In this document: one piece after another, positions 38,296 through 50,200 of the stretch
Layout of the letters: each line of letters starts with the position of its first letter
How positions within the stretch are numbered: the first letter of the stretch is position 1
Assembly: GCA_973895155.1 (NCBI GenBank)
Contig: OZ316898.1
Span: 4,947,079-5,011,078, forward strand
Direction: 5' to 3'
Source: Marsupella aquatica
Taxonomy: Eukaryota > Plantae > Marchantiophyta
Length of the DNA: 64,000 bases
Notes under the pieces: generated by a model
Told to the model about the DNA's origin: nothing
Databases searched by the model: none
What the model saw: the letters and a program-made list of their open reading frames with translations, nothing else
Position numbers and translations under genes: made by a program

Positions 38296-40323
38296 CTAGT
38301 CCAATTTAACAGAGGAGAAGAGGAAGTGCACGAAGTAGAATGAGACCAGGAAGCCGATTGTCCCCGTTGCCAGCATGATCGCCAGAGCCATCAGGGTGGA
38401 GTACCCGACATACAGCACGGCAGACACCGTTCCTTTCACCTTCAAGTCAAAGAGCAAATAATTGATGGCATAGAGGAACACATAAAATGCCACGGACCCG
38501 GATGCAAAGAAACTCTTCCACCACCACGCCCAGTCTTCCACACACAAATGCATGTAAGTCAGCACTACAGAGACCTCAGCACAGACGATGACCAGCAGCA
38601 CCAAGACCACGAAAAGGAATCCGAAAACGTAGTAGACTCGCCCCATCCAGATGCTGGACATGATGAAGAAGAGCTCGATGAACAGAGTCCCGAATGGTAG
38701 AGTTCCGGCTCCCAACACCAGAAGCCAGGATGGGTACTTCTGAGGTGGAATTTCTCTTGGAATCTGGTTGGTGCGCACTGGGTAAGGGATTTGCTCGGCC
38801 CTGGCTCCGAAGAAGCCTCCAAGCAGGGTCAACGGCACAGAGACGCAGAACCAGAGTGCCAGCAAAATGAAGAACAACGAGACGGGGATTGCACCAGTAC
38901 TGCCCTTGTACCAGAGCAGGGAGTTGAGCACTGTCAGAATGGCAAAGGCAATGCCGGGGAAGAAGCAGGCCACACCCCAGGAGACGCCCCTCCAACCCTT
39001 AGGATCACGTTTCAGAGTAGTCCACAGTCTGGAGGCCGAATATCCAGCTGCAGTGCCCAGGAAGAGGTAGAGGAGGACCATGCCAGTGAGCAGCATGCCT
39101 CGGGAAGCAGGAGACATGAACCCAAATGCAGCAAAGAGGATTGTCACCACGGCCATGCCAGTGATCTGCACTCCGTCCCCAACCATAATGCAGAGAAGAG
39201 ACGTATATTTGGGAGCTCTGAACACATCCCCTACCACCAGCTTCCAGCCGGACAGCTCCTCCGCCATCTGAGCCTGGGCCTCCTTGTCCAGTTCCTCATA
39301 CCTCGTCAGATCTCTTCGCACAGTCCTCAAAAAGATCACGAACACAATTCCGGCCAGGAATGAGATCACCATGAGCGAATTCAGGATCGAAAACCAATGA
39401 ACTCTAGCTCCCTCCATTTTCAGGAAAGAATCCCACCGACTGGGCCAACGAATGTCACTCTTTACGAAGGTCACATCATATGAGTACATTATCTTCTGTC
39501 CCTTGGCGATCTCCTGGTACTGACCATCTGGTTCACACACAATGCTTTGTGCCAACACCTCATGGGGTTTGGGGGTGTAATTCTTATCTTTTGGGAACAT
39601 GTAAGGAGAGCTGCAGGGGATCACTTCAAAGCCGACAACCAAGTATCCCCCTTTCTTCTGTGAAGTACTGTCATCAGCTGGTATTCCTACATCTATCCCA
39701 TCTCCAGTACCCATCACTCCCCCGATCCCCACCTCTTCATAGTCATGAATCAGGACCTTGAACTTGAGGTGGTTGTAGAGATAGTGCTTGCCATCACTAG
39801 GGAAGCCGATGGGGAACCCAGTCCATCGGAGAAGCAGATCCGTGTCTCTCGGCCTGGTGAATCTGATCACGGGGAGATTGTCTAGGATGAGGTTAATTTG
39901 GTAGTAGTCATCAATCCTCTGCTTGAATTGGTTGGCTTCCTCCTCGTTGATCTCAGGGCTCATACACAGCACCACGCTGGATTCGTTCACGTTCATTTTG
40001 AAGCGGTAGGGGGAATTCTCGATGCTGTCCCCCATGAGCAGCTCTCCGATGTTCTCAGCCTCATGCTTCTCCCCTCCCTCCGGCTTGCAGAAGGGTAGAG
40101 AGTAGTATCCGTAGGGCAGCTCTGTGTCGATCGAGGTAAGAGAGTTGACTTTCACTGGCAGATCGTCACCTTCCTGATAGGCATGCATGTAGCTTCCCGG
40201 GAGGTAGAATCCATACGCTGGCCCAACAATCAGTCCTAGAACCAGAATGCAAATGGGGACAATGACGGATAAAGACTCTCCTCTGCGAGAATGACAGCCT
40301 GCCATCAATGCAGGCGTCCTCAT
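38296..40323 (-). CDS. TMN12: Transmembrane 9 superfamily (EMP70/TMN) protein, TMN11/12 clade, copy B
   Basis: 675-aa intronless ORF (the start could be the second Met) with the same motifs as copy A, ending VKLD. Convergent with copy A. Confidence 0.94.
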   Translation of the reverse strand: MRTPALMAGCHSRRGESLSVIVPICILVLGLIVGPAYGFYLPGSYMHAYQEGDDLPVKVNSLTSIDTELPYGYYSLPFCKPEGGEKHEAENIGELLMGDSIENSPYRFKMNVNESSVVLCMSPEINEEEANQFKQRIDDYYQINLILDNLPVIRFTRPRDTDLLLRWTGFPIGFPSDGKHYLYNHLKFKVLIHDYEEVGIGGVMGTGDGIDVGIPADDSTSQKKGGYLVVGFEVIPCSSPYMFPKDKNYTPKPHEVLAQSIVCEPDGQYQEIAKGQKIMYSYDVTFVKSDIRWPSRWDSFLKMEGARVHWFSILNSLMVISFLAGIVFVIFLRTVRRDLTRYEELDKEAQAQMAEELSGWKLVVGDVFRAPKYTSLLCIMVGDGVQITGMAVVTILFAAFGFMSPASRGMLLTGMVLLYLFLGTAAGYSASRLWTTLKRDPKGWRGVSWGVACFFPGIAFAILTVLNSLLWYKGSTGAIPVSLFFILLALWFCVSVPLTLLGGFFGARAEQIPYPVRTNQIPREIPPQKYPSWLLVLGAGTLPFGTLFIELFFIMSSIWMGRVYYVFGFLFVVLVLLVIVCAEVSVVLTYMHLCVEDWAWWWKSFFASGSVAFYVFLYAINYLLFDLKVKGTVSAVLYVGYSTLMALAIMLATGTIGFLVSFYFVHFLFSSVKLD

Positions 40324-41052
40324 TGTTGATTAACAATTCTTCTCCAGTCCAGTCCCTGTTGAACAGCAATGCAATCCAATCAAATCGAAGTACTGCTATG
40401 CTGTGCTATGTCAGAGATCTGGCCCTCGAGGGCCTCGTCCACGCCCAATGTCCCCTATCAAGAATCGTCTCAGCCAGATCTGCACCTCATGACACGCCAA
40501 GAGAGCGAATCGAGCCCCAAACTGACCTTAGTCCTACATCAAAATGCTCCACTCCACCAGACTGGCTGAATCTGCAACTAGATCTTCGAGAAAACGGCAG
40601 CTCAGAGAACGATACACAGCCACGACCTGAAGGTGACGCCTGGATCGAAATGTAGACAGGATACCTGCCTCGGCCTCCGTCAACGCGTCTCCAGCCTCGA
40701 TCGATCCAGACTTGACAAGTGATCCCAATACGATCGCAGATCCACGCAATGTGGGTACAATCTCAGTCCAACAGAACAGAAGACGATGAACGACGGACCT
40801 ACTTCGATCTGGACCCCTGCACTACTAGAAGGGAACAAGAAGAGGTCAAGGAAGAGTTCTCTCCTCCCCTGCTCCAGATGCGGGAGTATCGAAAAGCACA
40901 GAACCGCACCGAGCCTTCTCTGGACAGCCGGATCGGATTGCAGCCGTTGCTGCAGCATGGAAGGTATCTCTGCGTTTGCATCGATCTTCCCACCTCTGCG
41001 TATCACTTGCGAATGTTCATGTGCCTTTAGCGCCTGCCGAGCGGGGTGCGAA

Positions 41053-41687
41053 ACAACTCCAATTCACCCGTTGATTTCAGAGCTTCAGATGAGCGTCCCA
41101 GCGTAAACAGCGGGATGCCGCCAAGAACGAAGGGAACAACGATTCTGCTCGCTCAGCCGAAATAGGTCTCCGCCATTATTAAATTAACAGAAACTAAAAT
41201 CAGAACACACTCAAGTCCCAAAGACGATCCGCTTTTGATGGGTGATTCGTTCGTCTTTCGATTTCAAGGGAGAAAAACACAAAACCAAATTAAGATCCAG
41301 AGGAGACAGAGAAGCGCGGACTAAATAAAAGGTCGAGGAAAAAGGAGCGACACAACTCCAATTCGCCCGTTGATTATCAGAGCTCCTTTTGGGTTAGCGT
41401 CCGATGAGCGTCTGGGCGCAAACAGCGGGGAGGCCGCCAAGAAAAACAGGGGAGAACGATTCCGCGCGCTCCGCCGAAAAAGGTCTCCGCCATTAAATTA
41501 ACAGAAACCAGAATCAGAGCACACTCATGATCCAAAGACGATCCGCAATTGATGGGCGATTCGTTCGTCATCCGATTCCAAGGCAGAAAAACACAGAAGC
41601 AAACAATATTACAATACTGTAATTCGGGGGAGAAAGAGAAGTGTGGAGTTGTGGACTAAAATAAAAGGTCGAGGAAAAAGCAGCGAT
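41053..41687. repeat. ~300-bp diverged tandem duplication in the 5' leader/promoter of TMN copy B
   Basis: acaactccaattc...aggtctccgccatt...aaagacgatccgc...taaaaggtcgaggaaaaag at 41053-41350 and 41352-41687. Confidence 0.85.
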
Positions 41688-42214
41688 CGAGCAGAGGTAC
41701 AGTGCTAAATTGTGAGATCCTACTGTTTGTACGAGGTCGGTCAAATGAGCTTATGATTCGCCATGGATGCGGGATTTATGAGCACGGACCTCATGAATGG
41801 GACGCACGAACGCACGCACGCCTCACTGCCTCAGTCACTCTTCTTCATTCTTCCTCGTCTTGGTCATCGCCGTTTTTGTACTTTCGCCAGTATGGCGATT
41901 GGCGAATGTCATGCTAGAAATGCTACTTATGTAATTTATATTTCTAGATTAATTTGTCACTAACCCAATTTTAGAAGTTTGTTTACCGGTGGCAAACGAC
42001 ACCTTTTTTGGGCTGGTTTTTTAATAAATTTTATGGGGAAATTTGTGAATGGGGAAATTTGTGAACCCGACAGAAAGGATTAGTCAATCATAACTTTTAA
42101 ACCCAACAACTATAAGTCACTATTTAAGTGAGCTATTATTCAATCATGCCTCTCTAGGCGGCAAAGGACACCTTAGTAACATAAAATTGTTTCAATATGG
42201 TCTCTAATGTCTAG

Positions 42215-42366
42215 TTTATTGCTTGACAAAGTTTGGAATTTGTTAAGATCATTTGTTCCATTTCCATGAACACAAAGATGGTCACATCCTTTATTGCTTG
42301 ACAAAGTTTGGAATTTTTTAAGATCATTTGTTCCATTTCCTATGAACACAAAGATGGTCACATCTT
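42215..42366. repeat. 75-bp tandem duplication
   Basis: tttattgcttgacaaagtttggaattt...aaagatggtcacatc occurs twice, nearly identical. Confidence 0.9.
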
Positions 42367-42799
42367 TTCATTTTACACTTGGAAACTTTCAGATGGTTGA
42401 CTGAGAACCTTTGTTCCTCAATAATGGCATGATGTCTTTCTGGTTCAAGGTAAGCAAACTACCGAGCGGACTAGTTCAATGATATAACTGAAACTGGCTG
42501 CAAATGGTGAAGAAACCATTTACAAGTCATATTTCAATCAAAAATGTAAACAATGATATATAAGTCAATTTAAATATTCTGAACAAATCCATCCAAACTT
42601 TACTGGTCCACAAGGACTTCATAAACAAATGGGTAAATCCATACTGGCTTCATTTTGGACTTTGTGCCTAATGTACCTCATTGCTTCACAAAAAAAATGG
42701 GTAGGTTCATCTGGGCTTCACTTTGGCCTTTGTGACGAATCTACTATTGCTTCTCTAATTCTCCTAATTAATTACACTAAAATTACTTTTTTAAGTTTT

Positions 42800-43760
42800 T
42801 GCATCCATACCACTGTGGCAAATGTCACCTTCCTAGCCATTGTCATCACCAACGTACTTGTTATTGTTTTTCCTGTTTTGTACTTAGCCAGTGTGGCAAA
42901 TGTCTGTCTTCTACCTCTACCAATGGACATCACCATGTGATTTTAATATTTTTAAAAACTTTTGTACTTTTGGCCAATGTTACAAATGTAACATTACCTA
43001 CCTATTTTTTGGATTAATTTTCCACTAGCATAATTTCTAAATTTGTAAGGTTCTTTTTAACTTCACCACGTGGCCAATTGACCTACTTCCTCCTCGCCAT
43101 GGTCATCACGGGAAGTTAGTTTGTTTTCAAAGGGTTTTGTACTTTCACCAGTACGGCGAATGTTTGACTTACCTAATTTTCCTAGATTTTTTTTCCGACC
43201 AGCACAATTTTATTTTTTTCAAGGTGTTTTCAACTTCACCACTTTGGAAAATGTCGCCTCTCCTAAAACGTTTTTGCTGTTATGGGGCCCAGCCGAAGAA
43301 GTGCGATGAAATTGTAAAGGTGAAGTGGTACTCTAAGCCCCTTCCTCCAAGGGGTGATTGCCCACCGTGCCTGGAGAGAGGGAGGAACAGGATAAAGCAA
43401 AGTAGGAGTAGAGACTAGCTTATTGGGAATTTTGGTCAAGTTTTGTGTGAGACAAACTAATAGCAAACCTCATTCTTTTTCCTCACCATGGTCATTGGCA
43501 GAGTATATTTTTTAGTTTTTTAAAGGTTTTTGTACATTCACTACACTGGCGTGGGCAACTATCATTTGAGTAATATTACTTATCTAATTTTCTTAGATTA
43601 ATTTCAGCCCCAATTTTTTTTATAATTTGAATGTCACCTTCAGTGCAAATAAAATTTTAAGGTTTTCTCATCATTGTTCTGGCAATGTTGCAATGAACAC
43701 GAATACATTTATAAGGTTTTTCCATCTTCACCACTCTGGAAAATGTCACTGTGTGCAAAG
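42800..43760. repeat. Degenerate dispersed tandem repeat, probably TE-derived
   Basis: Recurrent tttgtact/cttcaccactgtggcaaatgtcacct-like motif (about 8 copies) in AT-rich DNA. Confidence 0.5.
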
Positions 43761-45470
43761 GAGAAGATGCTACAGTATGAATATTCACTATCTATTTCCA
43801 CTAAATTAATTTCTAAGCAGCTTATTTTGACATGTTTTCTTCTTCACCGTTCAATGTTTACGACATGATCCTTAGACTATTCTTGATATTATCTATCCTT
43901 GTGCAAAGGAGAATATTCTAAGTATCATGGTGCAAACATTAACTTTTCACTGTGTACATTATTTTTAAAAATAAAAATGAAATAAGGAGAATTATATTCT
44001 GGATTTGAGTTGCTTCCATCAAAGAAAAACAATCAAAATGAATGTTTTGCACTGGTCCTAAGTGAATGGGGATCATGGCACTCTGGTACCCTAAGTAACA
44101 CTTATGGAGGCAAGGCACAGCAGATAGCTTGTTGGCTACAAATTATCCAAATTGAGGACCATTGCACCCTGAGAAAACGAACTTAAAAATGTAAGAAAAG
44201 TTTAGACAACTTTCAGTGGGGCATCGGTCTGGGGAAGCCCAACCCAAAGCGGCCTAAACTCAAGTAAAATTGATGTGTACCACTTTGCCAATTTATAGAT
44301 TGAGAACTAACATCAAAAATACTTTTTATAATTAAGGGTTACTTGCTCACTATTAAGAAGAATCAGGTCAATCATATGTTGACCAGTTTATGTAGGGAGG
44401 ATATGGAAAACCCATTATTTTGCACAATGAGGACAGGCGAGCCTTTAGTTATGCCAGGAAATACCCATTAAGGGACCAGACCACGGTCCAGGTCATTTTC
44501 AAATATATAATAGGAAGAATCTGGTGACAAATATTGGAGTGACAGCAGGAAGAGTCGCACATAGCATATAATCCACATAAAGGCAAAATTTAAATGAGAC
44601 GTAGCCTATGAGACATGTGCTGGTTGCCCAAACCACTAAAAGTTAGTTGGGCCCTTAGATTGTGAAGGACTCTTTACGTAGGGGCCCATCTATCTAATAA
44701 AGTGCAATTGAAAGCTAGGGTTAGGGTCTACCATCTAGAACTAAGCCTCTAGACAAAGGCTCTTGGTGGGGCACAACTCTGTGACGGGGGCTACTAGGGT
44801 TGGGAGTGGAGCTGGAAACATCTATTTAAGAGCAAAGCTTAGGCATTCAGGCTAGTGGTCACTCAAAAATTTTAAGGTGGTAGTCATAGCAAGATACAGC
44901 CCACGAATGACTGGAATCTACACCTAATTATAGTTTCAAACTTATGATGACCCTAGGATGATATGATCAAACTATGTACCATGGGAGATATATTACCTTG
45001 AGCTGGACACATAAATTATGTAGTCAAATTCCACAATCCCAAATTTGCAAGGGCTCTAGTGGAACTATTTTTGCCTTTCCTTCGCTCCTTAGGGTGAAAT
45101 GATAGGCAGCAAGCCAAAGGAAGGATGAAGGTCCAGAGGAACATTTCCTTTCCATCCATTGGTGAAAGTGGGGGGTTTCATAGTCTGACTAGACAGTACA
45201 TGCAATAAAACATAATGTGAGGGTTAGGCTCTCACGTATGACTGTGGCATTCCTAGTTATCAAAACTAACAGGTGAGGGCCCCATTTTCACCCAGCTTTG
45301 CAAGGACTAATATGGTATATTGACTAGACCAAGTGAAGTAATAGGACGCAAAAAGTCAATCCTATATCCCAGGATGGTATACAAGAACAATGGCCGTTAT
45401 TCCTGCAAATTTATATATGGAAGACAAAGCCAAGTATAATATAGAGGAGATGTGTTTTCAGTTTTTTCTT

Positions 45471-45510
45471 GTGTGTGTGTGTGTGTGTGTGTGGTGGGGG
45501 GGGGGGGGGG
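45471..45510. repeat. (GT)11 microsatellite followed by a G15 run
   Basis: Read directly from the sequence. Confidence 0.95.
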
Positions 45511-46095
45511 AGAAGAAAGGGAAACCAAGCTCAGTCTTTTGCTGACAAAGATCTTGATGCCCTTTGTGATTTTTCCCTTTGCATTTTTTAGTCCATTCAA
45601 GAGAAGAATGCCCTGTCACGATTCAGATCAATTAGGATGACCTCTTTGGAAAGATTCTCCTCCATTTTTACTAACTTAGTACAAATAAAATCTAACGTAC
45701 CATGAAGTTTATCGAGGTTCTGTTTCTAGAGCACTATCTATATAAAGAATTGTGAATAAGCTAAAGTTGTGGTTTAGAAATTGAGTCTCTAGACCATGAC
45801 TCTAGGGCCCCACCCAAATTTCATGTGAATGAAATGAAAAATGAGATATTTAACATATATCAAAATGATGATTTTTGTCATCCTTTTTGTTAACATTCAA
45901 GGAATGTGCATTTATGCTTGTGTGGAATAACAGCCCTCAAACTGGAACTCAAGTTCTTGTTTTTGGGTATGTTATATCTCACAACCCTAAACCCTGGATA
46001 TATATAGGATTCTACAATAAAAATACTAGGGGTGCACTTGGAAGAGGCCCAAATTGGTGACGTGTGTACCATGACATTTTACAATGAAAATACTA

Positions 46096-46509
46096 CCATC
46101 GTCCCCCAAACACAGCACCCGGGCATTGTGTTTGAAAATAGATTTTTTTAGGTCTCCATAAGAAAAAATATTTTTTCTTCAAACACAACTTACATCATTG
46201 TAACACCCAGGCTGTGTTCGAATATTGGTGTTTTGTTCAAGTTGGACACTATTTTCAAGATGTGACCATAAACTGTTCTACGTTGAGCACAAATAGTGAA
46301 AAAATAGTGAAAAATTCAAGAAACATAATTGTGCGAATGCCAATATTCAATCACAACATCTATATTTAATCACAAGGTCTTGCAAATACAAAAAATGAAA
46401 ACACAAAATCAAAATTTGAATAAAACTCCCCGGGAACACTATTAGAATAGAGCATCCCATCATCCACTTTTAGAATACAAGGTCATGGCCTTGTATTAGG
46501 GGAAGACTA
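46096..46509. mobile_element. MITE, Tc1/mariner-pogo-like, copy 2
   Basis: TA|ccatcgtcccccaaacacag...ttgtattaggggaagacta|TA. Homologous to 25447-25842; lies just upstream of the PHT4;5 leader. Confidence 0.7.
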
Positions 46510-47001
46510 TAGGAGTGTACTTCGAAGAGGCTCGAATGGTTGACGTGTGGACAATGAATGTAAAGAGGTTGCCCGGATTTGAACACGAGACCTCCAACTA
46601 CTCTCCCTCCACCACTGCCCTATTTTGTCGTTTAGGCGCCTCGTGTCGTCTAGAATGATGGCCGATGTTTGGAGATTGAACATTCTGCTCTCGCGCTTTG
46701 CTTCGCTTGTTTCGTCCCACGTCGACTGTTTTTCTCGTTGCTGCTGTGGCTTTTCCGCAATTGGCATTTGCACATGTGGCGTCCGTTTCTGCTCCTGTCC
46801 CTCTGCCCGTGCGAGATCTCTACTGTGTGGAGCATGGCGAAACTGTGGAATCAACTCATGATTGTTCGTGTCAAGAATTTGTCATTCTTTGATCCTCTGC
46901 ATTCCATCGCTGTTTCTCTGTTTCTCTGTTTTTTGAGAATTGGTGGACTGTAGAATCAGCTTTTGAAGTCACGTCGTTCGTTCTCTCTCTTTCGTGTCAA
47001 C

Positions 47002-47033
<32 letters not shown>
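47002..47033. repeat. (GATT)n microsatellite upstream of the PHT4;5 CDS
   Basis: About 7.5 copies of tgat/gatt. Confidence 0.9.
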
Positions 47034-47297
47034 GGATTATGTTTATTCTATCGATGCTTCTCCATGTTTGAGACTATTCGGACTGTGAAAGAAATGTCTT
47101 CATCGATTCATTCTGTCCCGTTCTCTGGTTGTCTTTCTTGTTGAGCTTTCTGTGACGTTAGTTCTGAGTGAGCTCGTTGCAATTCCGATTTCTGAATGGT
47201 CTAGAACGGCGGGGAGTTAGGAAGGCTATCTGAAATGTTGCGACGAATTTCTGATTCCGGGAATTGAGGGGGAATTGGAATTGTGTCGGCTGCCTCC

Positions 47298-50200
47298 ATG
47301 GCGTCCGTTCTTCAGCCTTCGCCATTGCCATTCGTTCTGGTGACAGCGCCGTCGTCGCGTAGTCCCCTGCATTCTTGCTCCACATCGACGTCGTCGAAGA
47401 GGTTTATCCAGGGGAGTGAATTCGTCTGCTTGGAAAATGGAGGACGCGGTAGCACGGGAGCAGTTCAACTCTCCTATCTCGGAAGAAGGTCGTTACGTGT
47501 GAACAAATCAAGCAATGGCGGTCAGTTCGCGTTCAGGTCCACTCCATTTAATAAAGGGATTTCCTCCCCCGCGGTTGGAAAACGAGGCCCCTGGAAGTCA
47601 TTTTCACATCCTCCTGATGTTGAGCTTAAGGAAGCTGCAGAGGCGGAGGCTGAGGCTGAGGGGCAGCAGCATGCAGACGGTGTCGAGAACGGGAGGGCTG
47701 GAACGCATGGTGAAACAGTCGGGGAGGAGGCGGGCATTCGGCAAAGGGGTGGAGTAGATACTTCCAGCATTTCTTTTTGGCAGAATTTTCCTCCACGATA
47801 TAAGCTCATGTTCACAACCTCGCTGGCATTTGTGATTTGTAACATGGATAAGGTAAGTTCTTTTCTCCTCCCAGTCTTTATTGCGTAAATTGGCGTGAAT
47901 TGCAAAGATGCTGACAGCATCTGGAGAGTGCTGCCTAATGAATAAGCTCCCGATCATCTTCCTCATCAGGAAAATTTCTCGATGTGCATAAGAACTCGAA
48001 TGTCCCTCACCTGCAGGATTTCTGCATGTATGAATTCGGATGGCTGTCTCAAAATTTCTGCATTTATGCATTCAGATTAGTTTGTCTCTTCGCCACCAGG
48101 AGAATTTCTGCGTGTGAGAACTCAGATAGAAAAGTATCTTCCTCATCAGGAAAATTTCTGCGTTTATGCATTCAAATTGCTTTACCTGGTCCCCGTCAGT
48201 AACTATCAGTTCAGACGGCTTGGTCTCTTTCTCATCAGCAGAATACATGCCTTATAAACACTTCTACTAAATTTTGTATTTCTTGGGTTCCTGGCAGGTG
48301 AATATGAGTGTTGCTATTATACCTATGTCCCATCAGCTTGGCTGGAGTTCTGCCACATCCGGGCTGGTGCAATCATCATTCTTTTGGGGGTACGGTCTCA
48401 GCCAGCTGCCCGGCGGGTTTCTTGCGGGACGATTCTCTGGCAAGTAAGTTTTTTCTGTCTTTGTCCCATGATCGAGTTCGGCCCCTGTGGATTTTGAATA
48501 TGTAAAGTTTATTCACTCTGAGGATTATAATAGCCGAAAAGACTTACAGACAGGAAAAAAAAATGCTGCAGCCTCTGAATTATGTTACATACGGGACTTG
48601 CTCTTAGGTTGTTAGTTTCCTTTTCTTTGCCGCAGATGATGAATCAACAGCATGTTGCCCAGCTCAAAATCTCGTTCTCCAAAGGTCACGGCGCAACTGG
48701 CTGAGCTTTGATTCCCTTAAAAGTGGATATGCAGGAAAGTTTTACAGGCTGGGGTGTTATTGTGGTCGCTGGCTACTGCTCTGGTCCCGATGACTGCCGC
48801 CTTCTTACCTGGTCTTCTATTCTGCCGGCTCCTGGTATTCCCCTAGCAACTGTTGGCTCACGACTTCAGTTCGGGAATTGTCCTGTCTAATCACCTTGCC
48901 TGGACGTTTGCTTCAGCTTTGGCATGGTTTGCAAATGAGAGGGCCCGACCAAGGCGAAAGCTGTCCGATTCAATTCAAGTAGTTCTAAATGCCACGATAC
49001 TTAAAGCTGCTTGGATCTGAATAGCGCATGAACCAATCCTAAAGTCAGAACTTACTCAGCTACAGTTTTCCCCAGGTTGGCTTAGGTGAAGGTGTTTCTC
49101 CGGCTGCTGCAACCGATTTGATTGCAAGGTAAGAACTTGACATTTGCTGAATTTTTCATTTGGATTGAAGGAGGAAAGCTCCCAGTTCAAGGGTACCTGA
49201 AATAAATACTTTTGATGGGTCTACTTTCTTGACAACTACACAATTTAGCTGTGTTGAGATTAATCTACCTCTACCCTTTTATTCAAAAAGAATTTTTTTC
49301 TGTCTGTACGGAATGTACTGATTGTATCCCCTAAATTCTTATTGATTTTAAGCGAACTACGCATGTGTACTGGATGTTGGCAGGACCATGCCCGTTTTTG
49401 AGCGATCGAGGGCAGTTTCATTTGTTTTTGGAGGCCTCAGCGTTGGCAGTGTTGCGGGGTAAGATTTTGATGAGAACCCTTCTCAGTCCGTAAACTATCT
49501 TCCACAGTATCTTTTGAAGAAATCTGGAATGAGATCAGACTGGAAATAGATGTGGTATTATAGATAACTTGAAAACTCTAGAGCTCATTTATTACAAAAT
49601 GTCAAGAGTGAATCTGTGCTCTGTCCCAGTATGTATTGCCGTACACAACTTTGCTCTTGATCCCTGTGTAATTTGATGGCAACTCTCTCGCTTTAGTACA
49701 TGCTCTAAAAGGTTTAGCCGATGTCTTGGCTTTGCAGACTCTTGCTGGCACCAGCAATTATTAGGTTCTTTGGTTGGGAAGTTGTATTCTACCTTTTCGG
49801 CATCCTTGGCATTGTGTGGTAGGTCCTTCCTTTCAGCTAATTTCTTTTTGTGTCAGAAAGATATCACCGACCGGCTATCTCCTTGACTTTTTCCTTTGAA
49901 TTTGTTGAGCGTTGATAACGCTCTACTCCAATGACCTTGTCCTGAATGACACAAGAAGCAATGTTTTTTGAATCCGGCCCTTCAATCTTTGAGCGAGCGG
50001 CGGTTTCTGATATCAAGAAGCCTACTCCCTTTCTTATTCCAAGATAGATAATATTTTATGCCGTGAGCTGCAATTAGAGAATGACTGCTGCCTAGATTTT
50101 GTTGTACTTGTCTTGCATCAGTTCTACATTGTTATGGTTTTAAGATTTCTATTGATTACCCTCCGTGTAGGTGTCTGGGATTTGATTCATCCTCAATTGA

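Noticed and set aside
44000-45700. Possible decayed LTR element remnants
   Set aside because: No paired LTR, PBS or recognisable protein motif.
48835-49075. PHT4;5 intron with donor GTATTCCCC as a second U12 candidate
   Set aside because: The donor lacks the ATCC core and the acceptor has a normal pyrimidine tract.
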